Below are positions 1-14,357 of a DNA stretch of 64,000 nucleotides, piece after piece. The stretch's first letter is position 1. Every line of letters starts with the position of its first letter. Source of the DNA: Schmidtea polychroa (taxonomy: Eukaryota); NCBI GenBank assembly GCA_044892525.1, contig CM097885.1, forward strand, positions 21,082,001 through 21,146,000, in the 5' to 3' direction. The notes under the pieces are model-generated. The model saw only the letters and a list, made by a program, of their open reading frames with translations. It searched no databases and was not told the origin of the DNA. Position numbers and translations under genes: made by a program.

Positions 1-25
1 CATAAATAGAGAAAACAATTGCACA

Positions 26-373
26 ATGAAAAACTGCCAGACACCGAAAGATATGTGCTTTAGAAAAAACATCGTCTATTGCATCACGTGCAATGTATGC
101 AATGAAATCTACATTGGAAGTACCCTCAGGACATTGCACCAAAGAGTTAAAGAACATCTAGTTCCTGGTGGAACATCCTCGTTGGGCAGACATCTCCGGC
201 AGTGTCAGCCAACAGAAGAAAGAAAAAATATTTCAATAAAAATCATAGCTAATGGAAACATCCAAAAGAAAAATGTCAGAATCAAAGAAGCAATTCTCAT
301 CATAAACAGACAGCCAAAGATCAACACTAAAGAAGAAATCAATGAAATCATGAATTTGATCTGTTGTCATTGA
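26..373 (+). CDS. GIY-YIG endonuclease domain, C-terminus of a Penelope-like polyprotein (5' incomplete)
   Basis: The translation shows VY...C..C...YIG.T.R.L..R..EH and the catalytic E in KEAILI. Confidence 0.8.
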   Translation: MKNCQTPKDMCFRKNIVYCITCNVCNEIYIGSTLRTLHQRVKEHLVPGGTSSLGRHLRQCQPTEERKNISIKIIANGNIQKKNVRIKEAILIINRQPKINTKEEINEIMNLICCH

Positions 374-771
374 CTTTGAGAATAACTGACAATATATAAA
401 GAAATTAAAAAAAATAGAATAAATTAAAAAGTAATAATTAGAATAATATAAAAAAAAATTTTAAAAAATAGGGTTTGAAAATCAAAATTGACACATTTAT
501 TGAAATATTTAAATAGCATATATAAGTGGTTATTGGAGGCTTTATTTAAAATATTTTCAAATATTTTATTAGGCTTCTAGAAGCTAATTATAGAAGCTGT
601 AAAAAAATTTAAAAATTTTTAGTTTGTGTCATTTTGAAATTTTAAATGTAAAAAATTTTAAAAGTTTTTAGTAAAACAATTCATTATATTTACAACCAAT
701 GAGAATTAAGAGAAAGGAAATCAAAGAAAGATTGAAAGGTATTTTGGGGAAGAACATTGCTAAATTCCAGG

Positions 772-810
772 AGATTGACAAGGACTATCGTATAGTCGAA
801 AATTCTTTCA
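772..810 (+). ncRNA. Minimal type I hammerhead ribozyme, U3:A8 core variant
   Basis: The sequence reads TTGACAA-G-GACTAT(cgt)ATAGTC-GAAA-attc-TT: hammerhead spacing, a 6-bp stem II and a compensatory U3/A8 pair. Stem I is only ~2 bp. It lies in a Penelope tail. Confidence 0.55.
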
Positions 811-897
811 TTAAATACATTATTTGCAGCAAAAGGATTAAATCATCATTTTATTGTTTTAAATAATAAATGCTGCTACCAAGCAATCATCATTTTA

Positions 898-1021
<124 letters not shown>

Positions 1022-2961
1022 AAATTCTGTAATTTGTTTTTTAAATCTATAATATCTAGTTTTTTTATATCCTGCCTGACTCATTTGAAATTTAAGTTTA
1101 AAAGTTAAACAATTCTACTGAATTAGATAAAGTAATGTTTCATAAATATACGGATAAAAATAACAAAAACATGGCTGTCCTAGTAATGTTAAAACACGAA
1201 CATTGTGACACATATTCCCATTTCCTACATTGTTTAAAGTTAGACGTCCAATTTTATAGTGATTTAATGTCGTTAGTTGTTCAGAAACATTAGTACCACA
1301 CATTACTTACTGACATAGATTTTCAAAATTAAATTTATGTTAAGAACCATTTATGAGTATCTGAAATTTAAAATGAAACTAAATTAAAGGTGAAGTAGCT
1401 AAAAGATTTTGAAGATAATAAATTAACGAAATAAAATGTCAGATGGATGACTAATTTAGTTAAAATAATGTTTCATTTATTTAAACAAATCAAAGATGAA
1501 TAAAAAAAATTAGAATTTTGTAGATAAAATAAAGTTCATTGTGATAATCGATGCAATTTCTAATGTTGGACTAATTTCGAGCTTATTTAGTTATTAGCAT
1601 CAACAAATGAGAAACTGAATATCATGCAATATTTGGATAGGTTAATATATTTATACGAAACCAATCGAATTGAGACAAGACTGTAATATTTTGAGGCGAT
1701 TAACATTTAAGCAAATAACTGGAAAATTAATGTTTTAATTCTAACATCAATTTAGTTTTATGTAATTTGAATAATTAAATTTATATACATTTTAAAAAAC
1801 TTTAAACTGATCAAAATAATATTTTAAATTTTTACTATTGAGTAAAAGGAAATTATAACTAAAATCTCGAAATCATTTAAACAAAATCAAATTTAAATTA
1901 TTTTTTAACATATAAACAAAAAAAATTATTACAAAAATAAAATAATTTCATTGATAAATATTATTTGTATTCGTGAATAATATTATAGTTATTATTTGTC
2001 CAATACAGTGTTCTATAAATAATTTCAAATTTATATTAAAATTAAAACAAAAAAGAAATTATTTGCAATATGGAATAAGCCGTAAAAGTTAATAGGAATA
2101 AGAACACTGAGAATAATAATTGTTGGATCAGTAAAATCGATAGTTTGATCTCTGATCAAAATTATAGATAAAACGACTCATTGTTCTCAGACAACCGCAT
2201 CAGTGTCTGTCAGAACTATAAATCAACAATTTCATATAATTACATAGAGTGCATTAGCAAATGGGAAAATAATGAATGATCCCAAACAAACAAACCTCAA
2301 CACTCCATTAAAAGTGCCTCCATTAAGTGGCAATCATTGAATTTCCTTGTCCATAAACGACAATGTTGTATCAGTTTCCGGCTGATGGGGTGATCTATCA
2401 TTGCGTATAGCGATTGACGGAAACCGGTTGTGAAGAGTGAGATGGACAAAGAGTATTGAAGCAAGCGTAAGTGAACAGAGAAAATTGATGCGATAGAGAT
2501 AACAGCCAAGTCAACAAGTCTGCAAAATCAGGTTTGTTAAACAATAGAAATTATTAGCGCACTAATCCATATTCAAACAACATTTCTGGCTTGGCCTGTT
2601 GCTACACTTCGATTGTTGCTGCTATCCTGACCGACATTACTTATAGAACTCTGCGGACATAGGCATTTTACCAGAAATTTTCATTTATCATGTCTTCCGT
2701 TATGATACAATAGATCTCAAAACTTCGTTATCCTACGCATATTACATTCATTTTGCCCTTTGATTGATGGCTAAATTGAACAACGAAACAGAAATCCAAA
2801 TAAAATTAACTACAAATAAATATAGAAATAATCCTAATTTGATTAAATTTTTACCTTATTTAATAATAAAAATAATAATAATAGTAATTATTATTATTAT
2901 TATTATTATTATTATTTTGTTTGTTGTTGTTGAAATAAATATATATATATATATATATATA

Positions 2962-3562
2962 TGTTACGGTAAAAGTAGATATTGTGGCAAATGTACACAT
3001 TTTCCGGTAAATGTGCACATTAGCCTCCTCATTTGGGTAATGTGCATTCAACTAACATTTACAATTTCAAATAAGGGAAATGTACATTGAATTCACAATG
3101 ACCATGTCGTTTTGGTAAATGTGAGCATACAAAATACGAAATTTAATATATATAGTCTGGACTATTTGAAATTATAATTTGACCCCCAAAGGGTACTGCT
3201 CACAAGGGTACACGTACATTCAACCTCCGCCTACCCCCACACGTACGCTTCGTGTAAAAGCTCAAGTCTTTTTTTTCTTTTATAAATATATATGAGTGTA
3301 ATGTAAAATGTAAATAGTAAGTAAAGAATATTACACTTCAACACATATAATTAAAATTACATTACATTGGGATAATAGTTGGTGCTGGTGCTTTAAAATA
3401 CGAAGGTAAGAGTATACATTTACCAAAACGTAAAGGCAGGTGTACACATTTGCCTGGAAATGTACATATACATTATATTCAGTTCACTTATACCTAACTT
3501 TTTGGGAAATGTACATATTTTATGGTAAAAGTGTACATTTCCCAAGATTGTACATTTACCGT

Positions 3563-3566
<4 letters not shown>
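2962..3566. mobile_element. Non-autonomous TIR element with TGT...ACA ends inserted in (TA)n (Ginger-like or unclassified MITE)
   Basis: Left end TGTTACGGTAAA matches right end TTTACCGTAACA. There are many subterminal AAATGTAC/GTACATTT repeats and (TA)n on both sides. The superfamily is inferred from the termini only. Confidence 0.7.
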
Positions 3567-3648
<82 letters not shown>

Positions 3649-3773
3649 TTGTATATACTTTCAATAATATACAAATTTTTCTCATTAAATCTTTACTTGT
3701 TTTTGTTTATCTGGTTAAGTAATCTATTGCATTAGAAATATTTTAAAAATTAAAAAAGACCTTACAAAAAACC

Positions 3774-3865
<92 letters not shown>

Positions 3866-4849
3866 AATTCTGTTTTCATAATTATTTTGTCGATTTGTAA
3901 TTTGGATATGAAATAAAATAAAATATACAATAAATATCAATTAAAACAAATACTGGATTTTCTAAAAATTTAATAATTAATTTTTTCAATTGTGTTTTTT
4001 TAAAATATCGATTTCGTTTTAACTCATTTATAAAAATAAACTTAAGAGAGAAATCCGGAAAAATTTGCATTAACTACCAATTGAAGCGTTATAACAACGT
4101 AGAAGTTTGCATGCTGCCACTGAGAAAGCATATCATTATAGAAACATGATTTACCAATATATTCACAACTCCCTGAACATATTTCCCATCATCTATTTCA
4201 CACACTTGCTTATCAAAGAAAATCTCAGCATCCAGTGTCTTTTTTGTACCTATCTAGCAAGTGCTAATTATCATCATCTCCGTCTTCCAGATGCATATCA
4301 ATTATTAAAGGTTGTAATTAACGATAACTTTTCTTCTGTTAGGGATAAATGAGCTTAGGCAGGTTTCATTTTGGAAAGTCATTCTTCTGCAATCAGTTCG
4401 TTGAAATCGTGGATAAATCACCGGATCATTGCAACTTCAGACAGATCATCTTGATTTACTACCTTACACTGGTTTAGGTCATCCGGAAAATCTCTTGCTG
4501 TTGCTGTCTTTATTTTATTGACAAATAAATCTTTACAACTTTAGAATTATCCTAAATTAAACGTAACAATTAATTAGTTTTTTTCTCTCTCTTTAAATTT
4601 CATTGTTGTTGTTTTTCAGCTTTCTTGTGAAAAATAAAACAAAAAAAAAATATATAAAAATTTTTTTTAATGATAAATCAGATTAATTGGAATTTAGGGA
4701 TTATGTTATTTGAAATGAAAAATAATATTAATTATATTTTTTTACAAAAAAAAATTGTTAATTTTTAAAAGATAATAAAATTTATTTTAGGGGAGAGGGG
4801 TTAAGAGTTTGAATAATTTGTTTGTGTTTGGCCAATAAAATTAATGAAA

Positions 4850-5850
4850 TAGTAATTCGTCAATTGTTTTGAAAGTCAAGTAATGGTGAGTCTGACTTTA
4901 GAAGAAAGGAAGGTTCGGGTTGTTCAAAGGATATCAAGGATAATCATGATTGCATGGGGGTGATTCAAAAGACTCGAATATAAACTTAGTCAAATCAAAT
5001 TTATTATTTTATAACAGATGAACAAATACAAATGCATATAATGGCATGTTGAAAATATTTTCAAAATGCTTAGGTTTTTAAGGTGGTCCTAAATTCTAAA
5101 TTTTGTGAACAATTGGCTTATTGCGCACTTAGAGCCGAATTAGCTGTAAAGTTTCCCAAATGCTCTATGACCTGTACAAAGGTTTTGGAGAATAACCTTC
5201 CCATGAGATCAAAGGTTTGCAATGTTTTTAGGTAGTCTGTATGAATATTTGATTAAGATTGAATTTAAGTGTCCAGATATCTTTGAGTTTGGTTCTTCTA
5301 TAGTGAATTTGACTAAGAATACGAATAGTGACTTCATGGTCTCATTTGATTCGGTCAGTATTTTTACAAATGTTTCTTTAATTAAGTTTCCAAGTATTTC
5401 AGAACAAAATTATTAATATTATTTAATTAATGAGAATATTAAATGTTACAAATTTCGAGTTATGGCAACGATTGCATTATAAGAAAGCGTTACTCAAACA
5501 TTCGTTTCACGATATTAATTATAATAATTATTTCAAATTTTTAATAAAAATATTTTATTATTAAAAAATTATAATTTAAATAATAAATTATTTTTTAAAT
5601 TGTAGCAATTAGAAAGAAATTTCACATTTTGCACGTTAATTTTCTAAATCCAATGATTTATTATTTAAATTATAATTTTTAAGGAATAAAATATTTTTAA
5701 TAAAAATTTGAAAAAATTAATATAATTAATAAATTTGTTCAAAAATCTTTAATTTCGGTAATTATTGTATCCTACCTGATGATGACAGGAAATCTGTCGA
5801 AATATACCGTAAAACTAATGTTTGATTGGCGCTTTCTTAAATTTAACTTA
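4850..5850 (+). pseudogene. Decayed, internally deleted Penelope-like element (family B): RT remnant plus pLTR
   Basis: ORF 5222-5416 (EFKCPDIFEF...MVSFDSVSIFTNVSL) aligns by eye to EFECRDSFEF...MVSFDVCSLFTNVPL in the 12307-13410 RT. The 3' end carries the same hammerhead and ATGTTTGATTGGCG motif. Confidence 0.7.
5773..5811 (+). ncRNA. Minimal type I hammerhead ribozyme (family B) with mutated cleavage site
   Basis: The sequence reads TAC-CTGATGA-T-GACAG(gaaat)CTGTC-GAAA-tata-CC-GTA. U16.1 is replaced by C. Confidence 0.65.
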
Positions 5851-6180
5851 TAATTGAATAAAATTTTGAATTAATTATTTGCATCTCTTAAAGAAAACGG
5901 CTTAGATCAAAATATAAAACGTAAGAATTTTTCTAATTGTTTGACTGAATCAATTTTTTTGCAAACTAAAAATGAAGATTTTATTTTAATAATAATGAAT
6001 TTTTAAGAACTGAAGTGTGTAAGTTAATGAAAAAAATAAAAATGTTATTTGAAAATTTTTATCAAATTCAACATGAATTTGTTTTCAACTTACAATTTTC
6101 GCTCTTTTATTTTTCACAAAAATAATTATTATAATATAATTATTCTATAAATAATCAAAGAAAGAAGGCAAGGTTTTAAT

Positions 6181-6628
6181 GGTTTACCGCGCCGTTAAAA
6201 AACGCGCACTCAAAACCGTGACCATCATAACCACACGTCATAGTGATGTATTAAATGAATTTTCATTTTCATTTTCATTTTTTCTATTTTTTTACCTTTT
6301 CAATTCCTAACTTTTTAGTTTTAACTTGTCTTTCTTAACCTTTCCGATCTACTAATTATTTTTCTTCCCAAACTGTATAAAAACATCATCAAAAAGAATT
6401 ACTATAAAATGAAACAAAATAAAACCTAACATTATTTAAGCAAAACTATTAATAATAATATATTAAAATAGTTAAATCACTATGATTGAAATTGTAAGTA
6501 TTTTAGTTGTATGTATTTTGTTGTTATGTAATCTTTCTGCTCACAAGTCGCGATTTTCAAGGTCGCGGTATTGTTTGTGTGCGTTTTTTAACACTGTGGT
6601 TGTGGGCGCGCGGATATAAATGTATACC
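6181..6628. mobile_element. Mutator-like (MULE) non-autonomous element
   Basis: A perfect 9-bp TSD GGTTTTAAT lies at 6172-6180 and 6629-6637. The ends are GG...CC, with inverted subterminal segments (GTTAAAAAACGCGCAC / GTGTGCGTTTTTTAAC). Confidence 0.75.
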
Positions 6629-7029
6629 GGTTTTAATAGTTGAAAATCACCAACTAAGTATATTAAAATATAAGATTGCGATGTATTTCGACCGTTTAAC
6701 AGTATTCTTCAAGCTAAGAATCGTATTAATTACAACTAAATGAAAATAAGAATATTCAAACAAATTAAAAAATAATAATTGTAATCAAATTGTATCAAAC
6801 TTAAAAATATTTTAATAAAATTTTTCTTCATTTTGAAAATAAAATCATTTTTTTAATCATATAAAAATTATTTTAATTTTAATTGTTAACATTCTCATAC
6901 AAAAACTTTTGTTTTCATACAATAAATTTAACAAACAACAACATCATCCCAAATAATAAATACACAAGTTAAATTATTTAAATACATTCAAAATCCCCAT
7001 AGACTGGGCACTTTGAATATTAATTATAG

Positions 7030-7257
7030 CAGGGATCGGCAACCTATGGTATGCATTGGAGTTGTCATTGGCATTTTATGCTTGTTTTTTTCCATTAAAT
7101 ATATTTAAAAAATTATTTTGGGATAAAATTATTTTCATAAAGAACTGTATTATTTAATATGACAGACATATTCCATTACTTATTTGTAAAAATAATTAAA
7201 ATGGCACCCTGAATTAAGTGGCTTGGCACACCACAGCTAAAAGGTTACCGACCCCTG
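7030..7257. mobile_element. hAT (Buster/Charlie-type) MITE
   Basis: TIRs are CAGGGATCGGCAACCT / AGGTTACCGACCCCTG. The 8-bp TSD is AATTATAG / AATTACAG with central TA. TGGCAC motifs are shared with the 55528 element. Confidence 0.85.
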
Positions 7258-10200
7258 AATTACAGGATTTAAAAATCTAATTAGCAACGCCTCGCACGTT
7301 ACTCGTTCCCAGTAATTACTGAAACTCTTCATCAAGATCTTAAAATCTGGTAATTATGGATGTTACAATAATGCCCTAGCTCGACTTAAGACATTCTAGA
7401 AACAATCATCTATGGATCATCTAAAACGCGTTGGAAAATTTAATTGAAAATCCTTAATAATTTATCACCGTACATTGACTTGTTAAAACAAAGAAAAAAT
7501 TTACTCAAACCCAATCTACACAGTCTATGAAAAATGTTATTTTATTAAATTTCTGTTCATTTATTTTTTAGTACTTTATTGAAATATTTAATGAATTCTA
7601 ATTTTATTTATATTTTTAAAATTATATTTAAAAATTGTATTTTTAATCAAAATTCTATTTATTATTAAATATTTGTTTTAAATGTGGTAAATCTTATTGA
7701 AGGATTGCAACCCATATTTATAGTGTAAATTGATTTTCTTTTAATTCTCTGTTTCCGAGAACAGAATTTGAGCGCTAAAGGAGGGATACATTTTATGTCT
7801 CTCTTTTTGTTGCCTTTTTATAAGATACTTTCTGTAATTTTAATTCTTTTGTCAATTTTCTATATCATAATTGTTCATTTTAGATGAATTCATTGACTCA
7901 TTTCCGGATTGTGTTTTTAACACTGAGAATATTTTTGCAAGTGACATAATTAAAGACAAAAGAAATCAAAAATAAAAATAGATCAATGGTGAAAAAGATA
8001 AGATATTTTACTGACAATGGGAAACTTGACAAGCTGAAGAAAGAAAATAATAATAAATAAAATCGCATAAATGCGAAATGAATAAAAAAATGTTCAACAC
8101 ATTATCCCATTAAATTTTAAAAACATCGCCAAAGGGTCTGTAATTATTACTTTGAATTAAGAACATATAGCACGTTGAATTTTTGTTTTATATTAAATAA
8201 ACAAGACGGCCATCTTACAGTAAATTTAATTTAATTTTTTATAATTGTAATCTTTTTCTTTCGAAATTGGTACTCCAATGACCAAATTGAATCTACTATA
8301 AGCAGACATTTTGCGCGTAATATTCATTTGACATTTTCTGTGGTTTTTGTAATTGTATCCGAACAGATGTGAAGCTTTACGTGTTGAATAAATAAGTTTG
8401 CCAAGTGTCGATTTATCCTGGAGAGTTTATCCTGTCAGTTTTCGTTTAATTTGCACATACTTCTGACTATATGCAACTCCTTGCATTGACATGCGATTAT
8501 TAGTCACATAGAACGTGTTGAAGATTACGGCTCTTTTCAACGTAATCATTCTTGTTTCTGTTTTCTAATGAACTTGAAAATGTTGTAACTTTATTTCTCT
8601 TTCAAAGTAAGTGCATTATTAATATTGAAGACGCCACATAACTGGACAGGGATATTTGAATCATAGATTGTAAAGGAAGTTATAATTCAAAAACAAAGGC
8701 AAAATTTTATACATAAAATATTTATTCGCTATTGTTTACAACCTTATGTTATTTTTTAGGTAGCCTTTTGATTCCAACCGCAAATTAATACATAAGTTGC
8801 GTGTTCAAATAAAGTATGCAGTGCAAAATTAATTTTTCAATCATTTTCCAATAAACTGAGCAAGAACTTCGTAGCCTAAGTCACCGAGCTTCAGTTTTTA
8901 TCAGTTAAGGAGACGGCCAATTGCTCTACAATTTTTATGGTTATAAGACATGTATTTTTCCAGATTTTCTTTTGCAGGTTGTAATGTAATGTTAATGTTT
9001 TATGCATAATTTTTTTAATGTAATTACAAATTACACTATTTAACTCAATTCGAGTAACGGCAACCGTGATCCAACAAAAGGATCTATATAGTAATTCTCT
9101 ATAATAATAATTTACTATAGAGAATTGAAAATTTAAAAAAAATTGAAAATTAACAAAATCAATATCACCAAAAGAAAATATAAACCAAAGAGATACCAAA
9201 TATTGTCCAAAGAACAAACTTAGGGACAAAAGAAAATTGAAGTCAAAGCGATCTTGAATATTCTGGACATCTATCTACCTTCAACAACATAAGATGCGTA
9301 ACTTTTGTTTATTATCTATGAATAAAAAGTGTAAATCTATATAAATGTTATTGTTATTTGTTTATTACATATATTATTGTCGCAACTCTATATACATTCA
9401 TCCCAGCTGTCCCGAGACCATTTTTTAAAGGAGACTCAGCTGGGTTCTACAAATCTCCCAAACACAAATCATTTATAAAAAGATAATAATCCACTTAAAA
9501 TAGTACACAAACTATAACACAGGTCATTGTCAACATTTGAAGGTTCACCAGTTATCTCTTGAGTTTATGCAATTGAAAATGTAACAGGTAGTTAGACAGG
9601 TAAAAATAACGGAGAGACACAAATGCCTTGAAGATATGCATAGACCTTAATTGACATTATTTCAAAATGCCAGTGGCAATAATGCGTGGCACAAGGACGT
9701 CTAAATTATTTTGCGGAATACATTATAGTGTAAATTTTGCATCTAAGAAAAAAAAATACTAAATTAATCATAATAACCGTTTATTATTTAAATTTCTTAT
9801 GACAGTTATGTATTAATGTAAAATTTATATTATTATATGTGTACTAAGCACTCAGGTATTTTCTTTTGATCTGTTTTATAGTTTCTAATGAAAATATATT
9901 GTGTCAATAAATTTATTAAAGTGGCCGAAGCAATGTCAAAATGACAAAATCGCTTGAAAAAGGCAGTGCCGAAAATTCGTTAATATCAAAAAAACATCGA
10001 TATCTTTATTGCTTCACAGTCAAGCTTTTTAATAAATACAAAAAATAAATGAAAGATAAATATAAATTTTAAAATAATTTAAAATTGTTTAATTATTAAT
10101 AATTTGAGTAATAATTCAGCAAAAAATGCCGAAAAAAATAAAAATATAATCAGAAAGATTTTGTGTTTGAGTGAGAAAGATTTATTTTGTGGTAGAAAGT

Positions 10201-11290
10201 TTACAAATATCACTACAAATTGCGGTATTGAGAGTTTCCGTTTTTATTTTAATTATATCTTATTCCGCTATTGACAATATATTATAAATTAATTTAAAGA
10301 ATGTGTATATGAAAATAATAAATCTCAAAACTAATCTTTCCTTACAGATGCCTTACCTGTTGTAAAACTTAATCTCAGTATGAATAGGGACAATTAATTA
10401 TTTACCATGACTCTTGTGCGTTATTGTAGATGGTAAAATATTTAAGGTGCTGTTGACTATGTTTTCGGAAACCTGTTCTGGGTTGCACATACAAGTTATA
10501 CTCATAAAAACAACGCGACAGTCACCTCATCCAATATTCATAATACTACAGTCGGGGAAACAATAGGTGGCCATGTCACGATCATACAATTGGATTTAAT
10601 TCTTTCTCCCAGCCTTGACTGATATGTTTTTGTTATTCTCCATTAATTGTTTTTAAAAATCAATTTAATCTTTTATTTTTATTTTTTATTTTTATTGTTA
10701 CTAAAAATAATATATATTAAAATATTTTTTAAAAAAATATTTCAAGAAAATATTTATAAAAATATAATAAATAAATAAAATTCAGGAGGAAAAAAGTATT
10801 TGTAAAAATCAAACAAAAAGTGCTATTGTGGATATATTTTCTAGTTTTGTCAGTAATTTCGACAACTCAGCACAGAGGGAGCTTGGGAATTTTTCATCCA
10901 TAAATGGAAGTGAATTAAAAAGAAAATCCATTGAACTAAAGTAAAGGAAATATTAGGTCCCTATTTGGTTGCGATTTCTCCATGGAAAAACGCTGTTGAA
11001 ACGAATATAAGTGAAGCATAACGAACAATCTAAAACAACGGAATTTGAGTCTTTGATATTGAGATTATCATAGAAATTCCTGTTTCTGTCAGAGGTAAAT
11101 GGCATTTATATTGATAAAGGTGTTAAATTTGTCTATAGATTAAATATCAGATTTTGAGAGAAAAATCAATATTTTTTGTTTAAATCAAAGAACACTTTTT
11201 TACAATTGATGTAATTTTAGCATTGCTCCTTTAATAATATTTATTATATTATTTATATACCATTCACTTAACTTTGAAAAATTATTATTA

Positions 11291-11420
<130 letters not shown>

Positions 11421-11447
11421 AGGATAACGCCAATCAAACATTCTTTT

Positions 11448-11488
11448 CACGATATATTTCGACGGTTTTCCTGTCATCATCAGGTGGG
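11448..11488 (-). ncRNA. Minimal type I hammerhead ribozyme (family B)
   Basis: The minus strand reads CAC-CTGATGA-T-GAC(aggaaaacc)GTC-GAAA-tata-TC-GTG. The core is intact, the stem III loop is palindromic and stem I is CAC/GTG. Confidence 0.8.
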
Positions 11489-11723
11489 ATATAATTACTC
11501 ATTAAATTAGGGATTTTAAACAAATTTAATTAATTATATATAAAAAAATTTTTTATTTTATAAAAACATTTAATTATTTAAAAAAAAATATACTTAAATT
11601 AATATATTATTTTTTTAAAATTTTAGCATTTAAAATTTAATTTAATAATTTAAAATTTTTTTATTAATTATTTAATTTAATACAACAATCAATACATACA
11701 ATATAAAAAAACCTATTTAAAAC

Positions 11724-13410
11724 TTACTTAAAAACACTCAACACACAAGTATTTACTGCATTCTGCACATTAATTTTCGGATTCAATGATTTTATCAACA
11801 ATGCCTCACAAATCACACGTTCCCAATAATTATCGAAATTTTTTAATATAATTTTAAAATCAGACATACCTATTTTAATCTTACAGCCCTTATTGTGCTC
11901 ATCAATATGGCTCAAAGCCTTCGGTCTACAATGTTCTCGAGCTCGAATACAGAGATTACGGGAAGTCTCTCCAATGTATGTGGCATTACACCCATTACAT
12001 GTAAACTGATAAACGAGATCGGAACACAATTCGACCGGATTTTAGTCTTATTAATAAACATATTGCGTACTTTCCATGAAGTTGACACTATCCTATAGTT
12101 TAAATTCCCTAACTGCTTTCTTATCTTCACTTTATAATCCTTAAAACCTTCTGAGTACGGCAATATTAACACAAATTTAGGCTCATCATCCTTGCTCACA
12201 CTATTTAATTTATTTAACTCATCGGACTCACACACCTCAACAAGATCACACCCAGATTTTAACTCATCAGACTCACACATCTCAACAAGATCACACCCAG
12301 ATTTTTCTAAACATGGATCCTTAGGATTTTTAATAAATTTGTCAACAGTCTCACCATAATTACTAAAAAGGATTTTGAATAACCGTTCTTCATTAACAAT
12401 TCAACCAATATGTCAACACCTTTTACTGAATTTTTAAAAGTAGAAGACAAAGACCATGCACGATAAATCAACCCCTTCACCATATTTCTTTTATACTTGA
12501 ATTCACAAAAACTTTCGGAAGAAGTATAGAGACCAGTATCAGTTGGTTTTCTATAAATCTCTGTCTCATAATGTTTCTCTTTGCGTTGTATTAACAGATC
12601 CAAGAAAGCAAGTGATGATTTTTTCTCCGTTTCACATGTGAATACAATGTTTTTATGTAGACTATTCATATAATGCAAAAACGGGTCAACATGCCTATGA
12701 TTTTCAAATATAAGAAAAATATCATCCACATACCTTTTATAAACAGTGGGTTTCATACATTGAAAAGATGCAATTTTCTTTTCTAAGCTTGTTAAAAAAA
12801 TCGAAGCCATCGTTGGTGCTAAAGGAGAACCCATAGCAACCCCATCTATTTGTTGATACCATTCATTATTGAAAAGAAAATTGATTTTTGAAGTTGCAAA
12901 TACAAGAACTTCACGAAATGCTGTTCTATCCAAAATATGATGTTCAGAAAAATTTTTATTCCATAACAAGCAACATAATTCAATTGTTTCAACCAATGGT
13001 ACATTAGTAAACAGACTACAAACATCAAACGAAACCATAATTTCATCCATACTTTGTCTATTATATTGTGCAATGCAGGAAACAAATTCAAAACTATCTC
13101 TACATTCAAATTCTGATCGTATTAATGGTTTTAATAATCCATCCAAAAATTTGGCTATTTTATACTGGGCAGTGCCAATCATGGATAAAACAGGTCTCAT
13201 AGGCACGCCATCTTTATGGATTTTTGGAAGCCCATACATTTTTGCTGGTTGTGATCCCATTGGGCAAATAGATTTAAACAACTCTTCATCAATTTGCTTA
13301 TTTTTAATTAATTTATTCAGTATTTCTTTCAACAAATTCTCAGCCTTAAGAGGAGGCTGTATTCCATTTTTTCGAGAAATCTCTATTTTCACAAACTGGG
13401 GAGCATTCAA
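11724..13410 (-). pseudogene. Penelope RT/GIY-YIG polyprotein broken into three frames
   Basis: Three consecutive minus-strand ORFs follow the order RT, linker, EN. The linker contains a 45-bp tandem duplication at 12216-12305. Confidence 0.88.
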
Positions 13411-13447
13411 AACATTTAGCTAAACGTTATTATCAGTTAGTGGTTAC

Positions 13448-13619
<172 letters not shown>

Positions 13620-14357
13620 ATTTTCAAAAAAGCTGATTGGTTGAATTAAATTTTTATTTATTAGAAAGTAATTCAAATGATTCCATCATGACAATCTGCT
13701 GAGAATGTGCAGTAATGCAATATTTAGTTGACTTGATAGCTAAATTCTGTAGCAGAGTAACAGTTTTACCTGTTTGCAAAGCCCAACTGTAGACTGGCCC
13801 CCGGCGGTTTGACTGATCAAAGTAATCACTGTGAGACCCATATAATTGGCATGATCTCACTGTGAGCTGCTACGATACGTGCTCAAGATCCTGAGTCTAC
13901 AAAAGCCGGCAGCAATTAGTATTTCAAGCGCTGATGTTTCTGTGAGATTAATGCTGTGAAAATTGTTAGGAAATTTTCCCATGTTGCTAAACGAATTGAC
14001 TTTTTGGTTTTTCGTGAGTTTTCTTTTCCTTTTTTTCTAAATAAATATTAAATTGAATTAATTTTATTAGTATTTTTTCAAAGCTTATAAAGAATATTTT
14101 CTGATTTTGCACTTTTCCTATTTTCACATTTGTGAAAGCTTTTATTTAAGGCAATGATGATATTATATTTTATCTATATTTATATTTTATAATATTACAA
14201 ATTCGTACATTGATATAGTTCTGAAACATTATCATCAAAAAGCCTAAGATGACTGAAAATAGAATGAAAGGGTGCATATATTGGTTTGTACTGTCCTTTT
14301 TTATGTACTTCTTAAGTACGGTTTTGGTCATCTTATGTAATTGTACTGTTTTGCGTA

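Larger units (their letters stand above)
1..890 (+). mobile_element. Penelope-like retroelement 3' part (family A): GIY-YIG endonuclease plus AT-rich tail/pLTR, running off the window start
   Basis: ORF 26-373 has GIY-YIG motifs (NIVYCITCNVCNEIYIGST.RTLHQRVKEH...KEAILI...P.IN) preceded by a Cys-containing linker. The tail ends in GCTGCTACCAAGCAATCATCA next to (TTA)n. The same terminus recurs near 26130, 52460 and 62845, and the adjoining tail sequence recurs near 53100. Confidence 0.8.
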
